Made by a program: the position numbers and the translations under genes. This document shows, one piece after another, positions 25,879-37,235 of a DNA stretch of 64,000 nt. Below the pieces are notes generated by a model. It ran no database searches, was not told the origin of the DNA, and saw only the letters and a list, made by a program, of their open reading frames with translations. This stretch comes from Guillardia theta CCMP2712 (taxonomy: Eukaryota > Protista > Cryptophyta), in the NCBI RefSeq assembly GCF_000315625.1, contig NW_005434670.1, forward strand, positions 815,638 to 879,637, given 5' to 3'. Each line of letters begins with the position of its first letter. Within the stretch, counting starts at the first letter, position 1.

Positions 25879-27685
25879 ATGGCATCAGTCGTGCTCGTGA
25901 CAGGAGGAGCGCGAAGCGGGAAGAGCGGTAAGAGGAGGAGAAGATGGAGAGAGGTGGAGGGGGAAGGAGTGGAAGAGACGAGATGATGGGATCAAGAGGA
26001 GGAGAGGAGGACAGGACGTTTAATCGCGACTGAGAGATGATCGCGAGCTGGGATCGTCGCCATGGCTGGCAAGAGTTGCTGATTTGCTCGCAGGCTATGC
26101 TCAGAAGTTCTGTGAGAAGATCTGTGAGCAACCAGTATATGTAGCGACTGCTAAGGTCTGGGACAAGGAGATGAAGGAGCGCATCTCAAAGTAAGCGGCT
26201 TCAATCCTGATATGCCACATCTCAGGCATTAACCTGCATGCGCAGGCACGTTGCCGACCGGGGTCCGAACTGGAAGACAATAGAATGCAACCTGAATCTC
26301 AGTGAGAATGTAAACCTCCGATCTTCATCCACATTCCTGCTGGAGGCGCCTTGTTGATACCTTTCCAGGCTGAGCAGTTCAGCGGTAAAGCTGTAATGGT
26401 CGACTGCCTGACGTTGTGGTTGACAAACTTCTTCCTGGAGGAGGGAGCGTAAGTGTTGTTGATGTTACGGAGACCCGATGACAGTCTGATCAGCTTCTCG
26501 ATGCCCAAGACTGACGATGAGAACGTGACTGTGAGCAGCGACACGAAGGCTTCAGAGCTGGTAGGACTCATCCTGCTCCTTTGCCCTCTTGACTGTGCCC
26601 AGGCCTTGCAGAAGGTGAAACAAGAGTTTGACAAGCTCGTCTCGCAGTGGGATGTTACCTTCGTCAGTGCTCCCAACCATAGGCGCCGGTCTCTCACAGC
26701 ACTGTCAGGTGTTTGTGACGAATGAGATCGGTTCCGGAGTTCATCCCGAACACACCATGAGCCGGGCCTTCGTTGATTGCCAGGTCTCCCTGATCACTCT
26801 GCCTCCTCCGCTGACTGGGAAGGAAGGGATGGCTCAACCAACATGTCTCAGCCCGTGCAGACAGAGTTGTGCACATGGTCGCGGGCCAACCACACATGAT
26901 CAAGGTAGACCTCCCTGCTCTCGCGCTCTGCGTCATACATCTGCAGCAACCGAGGCCTGTTGATGTTCCGTGCTTCTTGCCTCTCGATGCAGAGATGAAG
27001 ATTGAACAAGCAAGCTTGGATCAGGTTGGTGAACAATTGTGTTCTAAAACCAGCTCATGCCCTGCACCGACAGCTCTTATCTACCCGAAGGATGCAGATG
27101 GAGCCTGAAGGTAACCTTCACTCGGATGCTCGCCGTGTCTTCCTTGCACTTGTCCTTGATCCTCCTCCCCCTCACAGGATATTTCCTGGTGAGCGTCGAC
27201 AGGAACATTCATCGGATCTGTGCCGAGTGAGCTTGCAACTCGTTGGCAGCTACTGTCACTGACAGCACCAAGGTTCTACTCGTGCATCTTGGACGATCAA
27301 GGGCGAGTTTGTGACCTTGAGGGGAACGTGATCCCGTGCGATGTATCTTTCGCATTCTCCCCTGATCCTGCTTGCGAGCTGAGAGTGCCTTGCAGGCGGA
27401 CAGGAAGGTCCCGCCGGTCAAGCGCTTCGAGGGGAGGACAGCGAAAGAGCTAGCGGTAAGACAAAGCGACAGTAGATGTGTATGATGGGCATCGACTGAG
27501 TTCTGATAGGTCATGGTGTTCGAGAAGTGGCCTGCTTGCCCCCTCAAGTCGCTCGTGCATGCATCGTGAGCTCCTTGGCTGCCGTCCCCCCCTCCCGCTG
27601 ATCGTTGTGGAGCAGATACCTAGGGAGAGAGTTCCAGAAAGCTGAACTTGCCCTCATCCATGGATTCAAGTACGAGCAGGATTAG
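25879..27685 (+). CDS. cobU: Adenosylcobinamide kinase/adenosylcobinamide-phosphate guanylyltransferase (CobU/CobP) fused to a C-terminal DUF4346 domain; 15 exons
   Basis: Spliced product: MASVVLVTGGARSGKSGYA..PVYVATAKVWDKEMKERISKHVADRGPNWKTIE..VMVDCLTLWLTN..VFVTNEIGSGVHP..SRAFVDCQGWLNQHVSARADRVVHMVAG, then LDQLLSTRRMQMEPEGYFLVSVD..FEGRTAKELA..LVHASYLGREFQKAELALIHGFKYEQD*. Fourteen GT-AG introns all preserve frame. Confidence 0.92.
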
Positions 27686-27772
27686 TCCTGTGCGATCCCA
27701 TGCAATGCTGTCTGGTGCCGACCCATCGCCAGGGATTGAGAGCAGATCTTAGATTGAGGAAGAAGAATGAGG

Positions 27773-27866
27773 AGGGAGGGAGGGAGGGAGGGAGGGAGGA
27801 CAAGGACAAGGACAAGGACAAGGACAAGGACAAGGACAAGGACAAGGAGGAAGTGGAGGAGGAGGA
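27773..27866 (+). repeat. (GGAG)n plus (GGACAA)n simple repeats
   Basis: Read directly from the sequence. Confidence 0.85.
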
Positions 27867-28095
27867 GCTCTTTCCTCGTCGTCCTCCTCGTTGATATCTT
27901 GCTCGTCCATGCTCTGCTACCATACCAAGTCCGAACCAACAAGTTTGACAACGAAGAAAATAAAAGTGGGGCCCCACCCCTACCATGTCTTCATTTGAAG
28001 AACCCCTGAAAGGAGTAATAGAATGGAGGGTATAGACTTGAAGTAGAGTACCCCCTACCCCACCAGTAGGTCAAAGACCTCCGATCCAACATGGT

Positions 28096-30996
28096 ATGAA
28101 GAGGGAAGGAAGGGAGGAGATGGAGGCGAGCGTCTCGCTGATGTCAGACGGCTTTGTTTGCATGCTGTCGATCAAGATGCCACAAGTTGGGTAGACCGAG
28201 GGGAGAGGAGAGCCGTTGGCTGCGATAGCAACAAACCTCTCAAGCATGTTCGGGGATGAATGATGTATGGTACATGCACCTCGATAGAGTTGGAGAATGA
28301 CATCAGGTATGAGGCAGGAAGTTGACGTCATCTCGTCCCTCTGACATCTGGATAGAACATTGCAGCACGGGGTTTGCCTTGACTTCAATCGTCGCGCTCG
28401 CAGCTCTATGGTTTTCATGTTTCCCGATCGAGCAAGACGAGTTTCTTTTCCCTCTCAACGAAGGTTTCTTCTCCTTCTACTGCTTCTTTGCTCTCAGCCT
28501 GAGGGTGCACAGATCTCTCGCTGCGGAGACTCTTGAAGGGACATGTACATGTAGCTCCTGGGGACCCGCTGCGTTTCTTCGATAGCGAGAACTGGATATC
28601 AAACCCTGACCTCAACGGTCCAACCAGGAGCCCGGGCACCATTTCAGACGAGGCTGCAAGGCGGCGTGGGGAGCAGAAGCACGATATGAGTCAGGGACCA
28701 GGTCAGGGACCCCCGCACGAGGAAGGGGATGCAGTTTGCAGGCACAGAGGTTACATCGGAATCAACATCTCCCTTATCCCTGGTATCGGATGGGGAAACC
28801 TGGGCCTTGCCCTCTTGTTCGGGCTCTTCAACGACTCAATGTGAGCTTGGAGGGTTGCGATGCCCTTTGACATGTGACGCTCGATGCTCATTCAGCAGCG
28901 ACGGCCGCGAGCCTCTGCTGTTCGGAGAGGTACATCCCAGTGCACTGAGCCCGGAGTATCCGCAGCATGAGAGGGTCAAGAAGGTGTGGCATGGCATGGC
29001 ATGGCATGAGGTCAGGGACTGATGATGGCGGACAGATACTGAGAGCGCAGGAGGACATGAGGAGAAGACAACTTGCAAGGACCAAGACGGGTAACTGTCA
29101 GATCTGCAGTAGCTTCCTCCTGATCAGCGTCTTGTCCCTTCTGTTTGTTAGATATTCCGATGATTCACGCCGTCGATCATATGCACTTCCATCGCCCGCG
29201 GCTGGTGGGGAGGCCCAACCTTGGAATCATCTTCTTCGATAGCGTCAGTTTTAGCCCGGAGTTGGTTCGTTGGATTCTTGGCTGCCTCAATGTCAGTCTC
29301 CGCTTGAACAATTCCCAGATCTCAGCCGCGGAGCGAAATTTCGATGGAATCATTGTTGGGTCTACATGGAATGCTCAGGTTTGGCAGAAAACACCTGCCA
29401 ACTACAACAACTCTGAAGAATGTTGTTCAGATACTGAATAAGTCTGGTATCCAGATACCCGTTCACCGCATGTTCCAGGTGCTACCGTCTGCTCTCTTCC
29501 CTCAAGAAGAACTGAGTCATGCCAGGGAGTAGACACAGACGTGTTCTATCCAGCAAACAGGCAGGCCGGGCTCGAAGGGGGGCAAGGAAAGCAACAAAGG
29601 GAGCAGCAGGCCTTCTTGCAGGTTGCAAGACCTTACAAGCTGCGCGATCGATTCGTCGTCTTCTCGGGAGGAAAGTTCGAACTTCGCAAAGCGCAGGACA
29701 TCGGTAGCGCACGCTTGATCCCCTCTTTGCCCGTGATTCTGTCACAGTGACCGCAGCCTTCCGCGAGCTCCTTGCGCAGAAACTGGACCCCAGACCCATC
29801 CTCTTGTTTGCTTGGCACAATCCTTGGCCGATTCGTTGGTAGGGAGAGGATGGGAAAGGGCTGAGCTTTATGCGGGCGGCAACCGAAAGGGAGGAGGGCA
29901 GGAGGAGAAGGGGCGAGGGAAAAGAGGGGAGGATGGGAGAAGCGGAGGCGGAAGAATGGTTGGAGGCGTGGGACGCGGGGAGAGAACGGAAACTTTCTTT
30001 TTGAGTTTCTTCGCAGGTATGCAGAGGGGGGAGGACCTGGGTACACCAAAGGGATGCCGCAGCTACAGGCGGATGGGAGGTACGACTTTACAGAGGTGAG
30101 AACTAAGAAGGGAAGAGAGAGAAGGAGGGGAGGGCGAGGAGAGGAGAGGCGCGGCATTCCTTGACTGAGGTCTCAAGTGGCTCTCGCTCAACGGCATCTC
30201 TCCATCGGACTCTTTCGACCTCGGTGACTCCAGCTGGAGACAATCCCTTCCCCCCAGCTCACGCCCAGCAGGTCATCGCAGCGCAGAGGAGCTGTCAAGT
30301 GTCCTGAGGAACTGGGTTGACGTCGCCGTGTTCCCGAACCGATGCGAGGGAGGGACGAACCTGGTGGCCATGGAGGCAAGCTGACGCTGCTCGGAGGGAG
30401 AAGCGTGCCTGACAGACGTGCAGGCCATGGCAAGTGGAGTTCCCGTCATCCTCTCTGCCAACACAGGTGACGAGTCCTAATCCCTCCCCCCCCCCTCTCC
30501 CCCCCCTTGATCTCCTCCTCCTCATCCTCTCCTGCCAACCCCAACCCCTTCTCTCGGTCTTCTGCGTATACGTTGAGATGAGACGAGGCTGCAGGGCATT
30601 TGGATCTCATCCAGCTCGCCTGTCCCCAAGGAGATGCTCCGACCGCCTCCTGCGTTCCTCTGCGGAAACAGAAGGCCATCGTGAGCTCCACGGAGGGGGC
30701 CACGAACCCTTACACGGGCTGGGGGGAGAGCTACCTCGGTATATCGATCCTCTCTCGTGATCATGTGATTCGCGTCAGATGAGATCGTGAGCGCCATGAA
30801 GGGGCTCCTCGCGGACCCAGCAAGGTCGAGGAAGGTGGGAGGCAATGCGGCGAAGGTGGGTGGGGGTGTGAAGATTCCTCCCCTGACTCACTACACGCAG
30901 TTCATTCGAGCTCGCATGACATGGAACACAACAGTCCGCTCGCTGAAGCAAGTGATCGGCATGGAAGAGAGAGCAGGGAAGGGAAGAACGACATGA
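28096..30996 (+). CDS. Glycosyltransferase family 4 (GT-B fold); multi-exon, start uncertain
   Basis: Spliced motifs IIVGSTWNAQIL..QGVDTDVFYP, FVVFSGGKFELRKAQDIV, DVAVFPNRCEGGTNLVAMEAMASGVPVILSANTGHLDLI (EX7E-type), ..MTWNTTVRSL. Confidence 0.85.
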
Positions 30997-31658
30997 TGTA
31001 TAAATTGTTCGAGAAGATTCAAAGAAGATCCGCACCTGCTCTCTCTCTCTCTCCTGTACTCGCATCCTGCAGTGTTCGCCATGCACTCTCGAAGCTCCGA
31101 GCTCCGTCAGTCTTCACATCTGCTTCCATCGCCGCCATTGACTCCCGCCCTCGCCAACCTTTCCCCCGGCCATTCCGCCCTCTCCGATCCGTCGGAGGCC
31201 CCGAGCGCGAACTCCGAAAAACTGGTCAGAGGGTGGGGTGGGTGAGGATTTGACGTCTGACGGGATAGAAAAAGACAGGAAGGAGGGAGGAAGGTAGAGA
31301 GAGGGAGGGAGAGGTAGGGAGGAGGAGGGAGAGGAGGGAAGGAGAGGGAGGGAGAGGAGGGAAGAGGGAGGGAGGGAGAGGGAGGGAGGGAGGAGGGAGG
31401 GAGGGAGGAGGGAGGAGGGAGAGGGAGGGAGAGGGAGGGAGAGGAGGGAGAGAGAGGGAGGAGGGAGAGGGAGGGAGAGGAGGGAGAGGAGGGAGGGAGA
31501 GGAGGGAGGGAGTGGGAGAGGATGTACTTTGGGAGAGTTAGGGGACGTTTGATACCCTAAGAAAGGAGAAGGGAGCACAAAGAGCCAGAAGGAGCCATGG
31601 GGGTTGATGAAAGCTCGCCCAGCCGTCAAAAACAACTCCCACATGCGCATGTAGAGCC

Positions 31659-32804
31659 ATGGAGATGCTGAACTCCGCTACCAGCGCAAGGGCTGATTGG
31701 GTGCATGTTTGTGCAGGTGTGTGGGTATCGGCAGATATCGGAGTGATGAAGCGTAGGGAAGTTCACGGTATAACAGGTCAACTTTGATTGCTGCATAAAC
31801 ACGATTTTGATGACCCTGGTCCCTGATCAGATCGTCAGCATTAACCTCTGCGAATGCTCTGATGGGAGCAGCACAGGGTGCTTTCAACAGGAGAAGTGAG
31901 CGCCTTGCCCTGATCAGGGAGCTGCTCATTCTTCCTCTCCACAGGCGACAGAGGCGGGGTTGACGTGTTCCTGGGCCTCCGCCGGCAGACGAAGGAGAAA
32001 GTGCCGGATCTCTTCGGCTGTGGGATCATATGGCGGCTCGACAAGAAAGGATGCATGGTAAGGAGCAGCAGATGCCTGACCAGGAGCTAACTCGGCAACT
32101 CCCTGTACTCCCAGGTAGTCAGCGGAGTGGTACCCAACAGCCCAGCTAGTGTGGTGAGCCTTGTCCTACTCACATCGCATGCAACCGGCGCTGATCGCGG
32201 CGTAGAGCACTCCCTCAATCCTTGTCGGCGACATCCTCCTCAGCGTCGACGGCGTCGAAGTCCCGGAGGCGCTGGACCAGGCGCAGGTGGCGCAGGTGGC
32301 GCAGGTATGTGACTGGGATTTCATCGTCTGCTCCTGCCTTGAACGCCCTCGCAGTCCTTCCTCGGACCTGAAAACTCAACGATCGTGCTGGGACTCTGCC
32401 GCCCTCTCAAGATCCCCATCGATCCATCGCAGCTGGAAGTGACTGGCACTGGAGGAGGGTGTAGGCCTTACAAGGTTCCAGGCTCTGACCGAGGGGAACG
32501 CTGACTACTTCCTCGGCATCTTGGGTGACGTCACCTGTGCGACGTTCCATGTTGAGATCACGGTGCGAGACGTCAACGGGCCTGTTCCTCCCTCGCTGAT
32601 GCTTCCCCTCCTCGCTGGCTGATGCTTCCCCTCCTCCCTCGCTGATGCTTCCCCTCCTCGCTCGCTGATGCTTCCCTTCCTCCCTCGCTGATGCTTCTCC
32701 TCTGCTAGCGATTCGCCTACAAGAAGGAGTCCAACGAGGGCTGGAAGGAATTTGTGGAGAGCGGTCAGATGAGCCTTGACGAAGATAGTCGGATTCTGTT
32801 TTGA
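31659..32804 (+). CDS. Small PDZ-domain protein; multi-exon
   Basis: Spliced FGCGIIWRLDKKGCMVVSGVVPNSPAS..ILVGDILLSVDGVEV..SFLGPENSTIVLGL; ends ...DSRILF*. Confidence 0.75.
32587..32702 (+). repeat. Intronic ~22-26-bp tandem repeat (core CGCTGATGCTTCCCCTCCT, 5 copies)
   Basis: Read directly from the sequence. Confidence 0.8.
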
Positions 32805-33325
32805 GATGCTAACGAGGATTAAGAGCTTTCCGTCCTCCTATGCACCATCTCCAGCTCCCCCCCCCCCTCCTCTGCAACTTATGCAAGTCGGAATCGAGCT
32901 CAGGGAATGAATTCCGTCATGTCATGCAACATCGACCATGGCTCGCAACGTCTCCATGACATTCTTTTTCACGTCGCACACACGTCCGAGCGCTCCTCCT
33001 CTCATCTTGTCGAGCCGGGCATGGCCTCTTCCCTCTCCTCCCTGTTGGGCAATCGGAGCGTCAGCAGTGCCAGCGATGGCAGAGGAAGCGGAGGACGTAC
33101 CGCAGCGTCCTCTTGATGAGCTGAAGCTCGATGAGGTCCACGCCTGAGTAGTCGTTTTGGAAATGGACAGGAGCAGACTGTTCCAGCAAATCTCACAAAA
33201 AAAGAAGGTAGGAGGGGCACCAAGGTCACCGGGGAGGCTTCTGTGCTCAGTGGTTGCAGCTGTAGCCCAGGGATCGTGTGTATGCCCCCGTCTCCCTTCT
33301 GCCTGTGACTACAGCAGTGTCAGCG

Positions 33326-35784
33326 CTACCCTCCTCGCTCAACAAGTGTGTTGCCGCACAAGACGTGAATCTTCCCCCCCGTGGAGCCGGCGAGGAGGTT
33401 GTTCGAAGTTGCATCCCAGTACAGCGAGACGACAGGGCCGCTGGTGATGTGCAGGCTTTGGAGGTTGACAAGCCTTGAGGAGTCGAAGATGTTGACCTCA
33501 CCCCTCTCCTCCTTCCTCTTCTTCTTGGATCGGGCGGAGGAGCTCGAGAAGACTCTAGAGCCTACTGCAAAGAAATTGCCATCGGGGCTGAAGCAGATGG
33601 CAGAGCCAAAGCTGGAACAGTCAACGTTCTCAAAGATCTTGACCGGCTTGTCAGTTCTCCTAACATCCCAGACCTGGACTTCAGATGAGTGTCCCCACTG
33701 GCTCCTTCTCCCCTGCCCGGTCTCCCTCCCTCCCTCCTCCTCCCTCCTCCCTCCTTCCTTCTCCTTCTTTCTGTACCTTCACTGTCTTGTCCATCCCCCC
33801 TCCCTGGCTCACAATCAGCCGCTTCCTATCCAAGTACGCCAAGGCACATGGCAATCCGGATGCGTCAACATTCAGGTGCGCGTCCCTGGAAGGAGCGAAA
33901 GTCTCAGATGGCGTCCGACGCATCGGGCAGAAGCTACTTGATTGTGATTTCTGGCTTCTCAGCGTCTGTGAGGATGCGATTCCTCTTTCCGACTCGGTCA
34001 TCCCACATGACGATATTCCCTTCCGAAGTCATCGCAAGGACTCCGCCCACGTCCGAGGGGACGGCACAGGGAATGGGGACTTTATGCTGCTCAGGTGAGG
34101 CAGCAAAGGATGAGACATCGCCCACGTGACAACTCCTCACGTCCCACAGGCGGACAGTCCCGTCTCCTGCCTGATCTTGGGATCAGAAGTCACCAGCAGC
34201 ATGTGTTCGGGTTCACCGCAGTGTAGCACCAGCCTGACTTCCTTGGATGCCAGAAGGCTGCAGTCAGCGATGCAATATGTCCAGCCGTGTCTTCGATGTA
34301 CTGCAGGAGTGCAATGCGAGCGTGAGCCGGGCAGGTCGAAAGAAGTTTGACTTACATCATAGTATGGGTTTCCTGCCTTGAAGTCTACCAGAGGACGTCC
34401 TGGTAGAGACTTTGTCATTCTAAGTCGCTGAGAGGGGGTTCAGCTCAGCTCAGGACCTGCTCGTCTCTTGAGCCCATGTCGAAACAAAGCCGCCTGATGA
34501 GAGGAGGTAGCCACGATGAGCAACATCTCGTTCTTCCCTTCTTCCACGGTGAGGTCTTCTGGCAGGAAGGTGTTGGATGGATGAGGACAAATCTATGACA
34601 ACGATCAACAATATGTCATAGCATTGAGGGCCTCACTTGAATCTGCTTCACGCTACACCCTGGAGCAGGTTCAAAGGAGTGAGACGGCGTCAGTTTGGTC
34701 GGATCCACCCGCCTGAAGACCTACTGAGCATGTCTAACATGTCCAGGCCCGCTATCACCTCAGGTCGAACGTGTGAATCTCATGGTCCATACCGCCTGAG
34801 AGGAAGACATCTGACTTGTGACCTGCAGCAAGTCGATGAGAAGAGAAGAGACAGGAAAGCTCGTCCACCTGTGATGGTCAGGACTGGACCACCGTGCCCA
34901 TGCAGGATCGTTTCGTGTGTGAATTCAGGGAACGGGGCTGATTTAGAAGCCTTCCGCTACTTCAGCATGAACATTTGAAGAGCATTTTAGACCTCGCTCT
35001 CCTCCTCGACTGGACCTCCAGACAAACGGGTGTTGACTTCGCTCGCGACCTTCCGACGCTTTTCTTCTACGTGAAGCTCAAGCTTGAAAATGGACTGTCG
35101 AACAAACCTGCTTGGATCTCCAAGAAACTTTGGTCACACGCTCTCTTGCTGGATACATGCTCCTTATCTTTGAGAATCGTGCGAACATCATGAAAGTCTC
35201 GTCTGCACCCCATCACTCGTGCGACTGTTGAGCGGATTTCCAAGTCTGAATTCTCAGAGTCTTTTGAGTTAAAATCCACCACTCCTCCTAACGGCATCAC
35301 ACTCTGGTCGACCTTCTCCTCGTCTTTGTCCACGTCGTCGTTGCTTGTGACTTTGGTGGCTCCAGCCTTTTCTTCACTCAATTTCCTCTCATGGAGCCCG
35401 CAGCCACACGGCATCGTCCACTGCCTGAAAGCACAAGATCATGCAAGGAAGCAGCGGGATGGAGCCACCTTTCTAAGGAGATCATGTCATAGTAGTAGCT
35501 GCCAGTGGTTGCAATAAGAAAACTTCATCGATCACAGGGCAAATCCAAGTACAGGGGACGCACGTTCGGTTGGTTTCGGGGTCAATCGATTGTATCCATC
35601 CGCCGGGCAGGCGACATCCTTCAGCATGGGAGGCCCCTCCTCTTAGAATGAGCGGCATTACTTGGTTCTTGGCCGTGTACAGCATGCCAACTTCCCGCAG
35701 AGACCGCGAGGCTGAACGGCAGCATGGTACCATGAGCAGGAGGACGATCGCAGTTCCGAAGGAGATGCTGCCCTGCTTTGCCAT
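33326..35784 (-). CDS. Signal peptide + WW domain + WD40 (WDR70-like) protein; multi-exon
   Basis: Hydrophobic leader AIVLLLMVPCCRSA..ILRGG; WW domain LPGGWIQSIDPETNR|YYYDMISLERQWTMP. WD40 segments GGMDHEIHTFDL, LVDFKAGNPYY, ICFSPDGNFFAVGS..PVVSLYWDATSNNLLAGSTGGKIHVL resemble WDR70 by recall. Confidence 0.7.
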
Positions 35785-37235
35785 CGCCTATGGACTCAGG
35801 AGGTCGGGATGTCTCTGGCATACTTCTCAACGAGTGAGGACCGGCATTAGAGTCGCTGAACAGCTCCCTTCTCCTCCCCTCCTCCCGCTTTCCTTCTCCC
35901 GTCCACCATGTCTGGGCAGCCGGATCTCAATGTTGATGCCAAGCGCGCCTCCGATTTTGTTCGCGCCGGGCGGGCTTCAACGTACGGTACCCGGCGGGGC
36001 GCCGGCCCGGGCCGGCGTGACAGTGCCGCTGTGACGGTCGGATCGGACAGTGCCGCGTACTAGGGCTGGCCCTGCCGCCGCCGTGAACACCGGCGTGACT
36101 GCTGCAGTGCGGCTGAGCGCGCCGCCGCGCGGCCCGCCGTGTGAGACCGGGGCCTACCCGCTGCAACAACTTGCCAAGTTGACCCGAATCTGAAGCGTTG
36201 CCTGTCACGTCGATGAACACTGCCATACTGGCAACTTGGCAAAGCCGGCCACTCAGTGATCGGACTCTCGGCGGCGCCGCCGCTCGACTCCGGCGAGTGA
36301 ACCGCCGTGACATCATCATGAGCGGTGTCCCAACTGAGTTCGATTCACAGTCACGGACTGGCAACGGGAAGGACGCGCTCAGTCCAAGGCCGCCTTACTA
36401 ACGACGTATCGCGCGGCTGGGGGTCCATGGCTTCCTGGATTCTAGAGCCGATTGCATGAAAAAGAACTTGAAAACTTGAAGTTGAAAGCCTGCCGCGGTC
36501 ATCGGACCGGCCCGGCCGGGCGCCGGGCCCGGCCCGGCGGACCTGGGGTGCCAGTGACACGGTTAAGTCGAGAGTCCATATTTGTCTAGTTCGATTCTCG
36601 CACCCAGAAAGTCGTTACGAGGGGTACATAAGAAGTAGGTAGGGGTGCCATACCACCGGTAATTTCTCAAAGTATTGTAGGGGTACTAAAAGGTTTTCGG
36701 ATAGCAATGGGAGGGTTGTGGGGGTACTCGGAGGCCCCATGCACGGTAAGCCCGTGGGCGCAATGAAGGAGAGAGATGAGCGGGGAGGAAGGGATCAGAC
36801 AGGAAGACGATTGCTTGAGATAGTTGAAAAGGACACGATGACATAGGCATTCACCCTATAGCTGTCATGAAGCCGTTCGCCAACACAGTTTCCTCCCCGC
36901 CCTCCGATCTCCCCCCTCTTGTTACAAATGGCAGTTTGAACTGCGTCGGGACGGTTGCAAGAGATTGGAGCTGATTTCCCCTCCCCATTCACCCGCCTTC
37001 TCCATGCACGTTTTTGGCATCTAGATGCGATCTAGTTGACACTCAAAAGATTAGTCTAGATCGATCATGTTCATATGATGAATTGAAATCCGAAGGTTTC
37101 TGATAGGCTCAACTGACATCAAAGTGCTGTAGGCCAGCCTGTCGCCACCTCATACCGAACGATGGCATTGTGCAGTTCTGACTGGTAGAGCATGGTCCAT
37201 CAGACGCTCTATCACGAGTAAACCAGCGCCTCGCC

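Noticed and set aside
25879-30996. Bacterial contaminant or operon (cobU + GT4)
   Set aside because: Both genes are interrupted by many canonical spliceosomal introns of the host size class.
31678-31929. Minus-strand ORF resembling a mitochondrial-targeted protein (MSSSLIRARRSLLLL..)
   Set aside because: The region is explained by in-frame spliced exons of the + strand PDZ gene.
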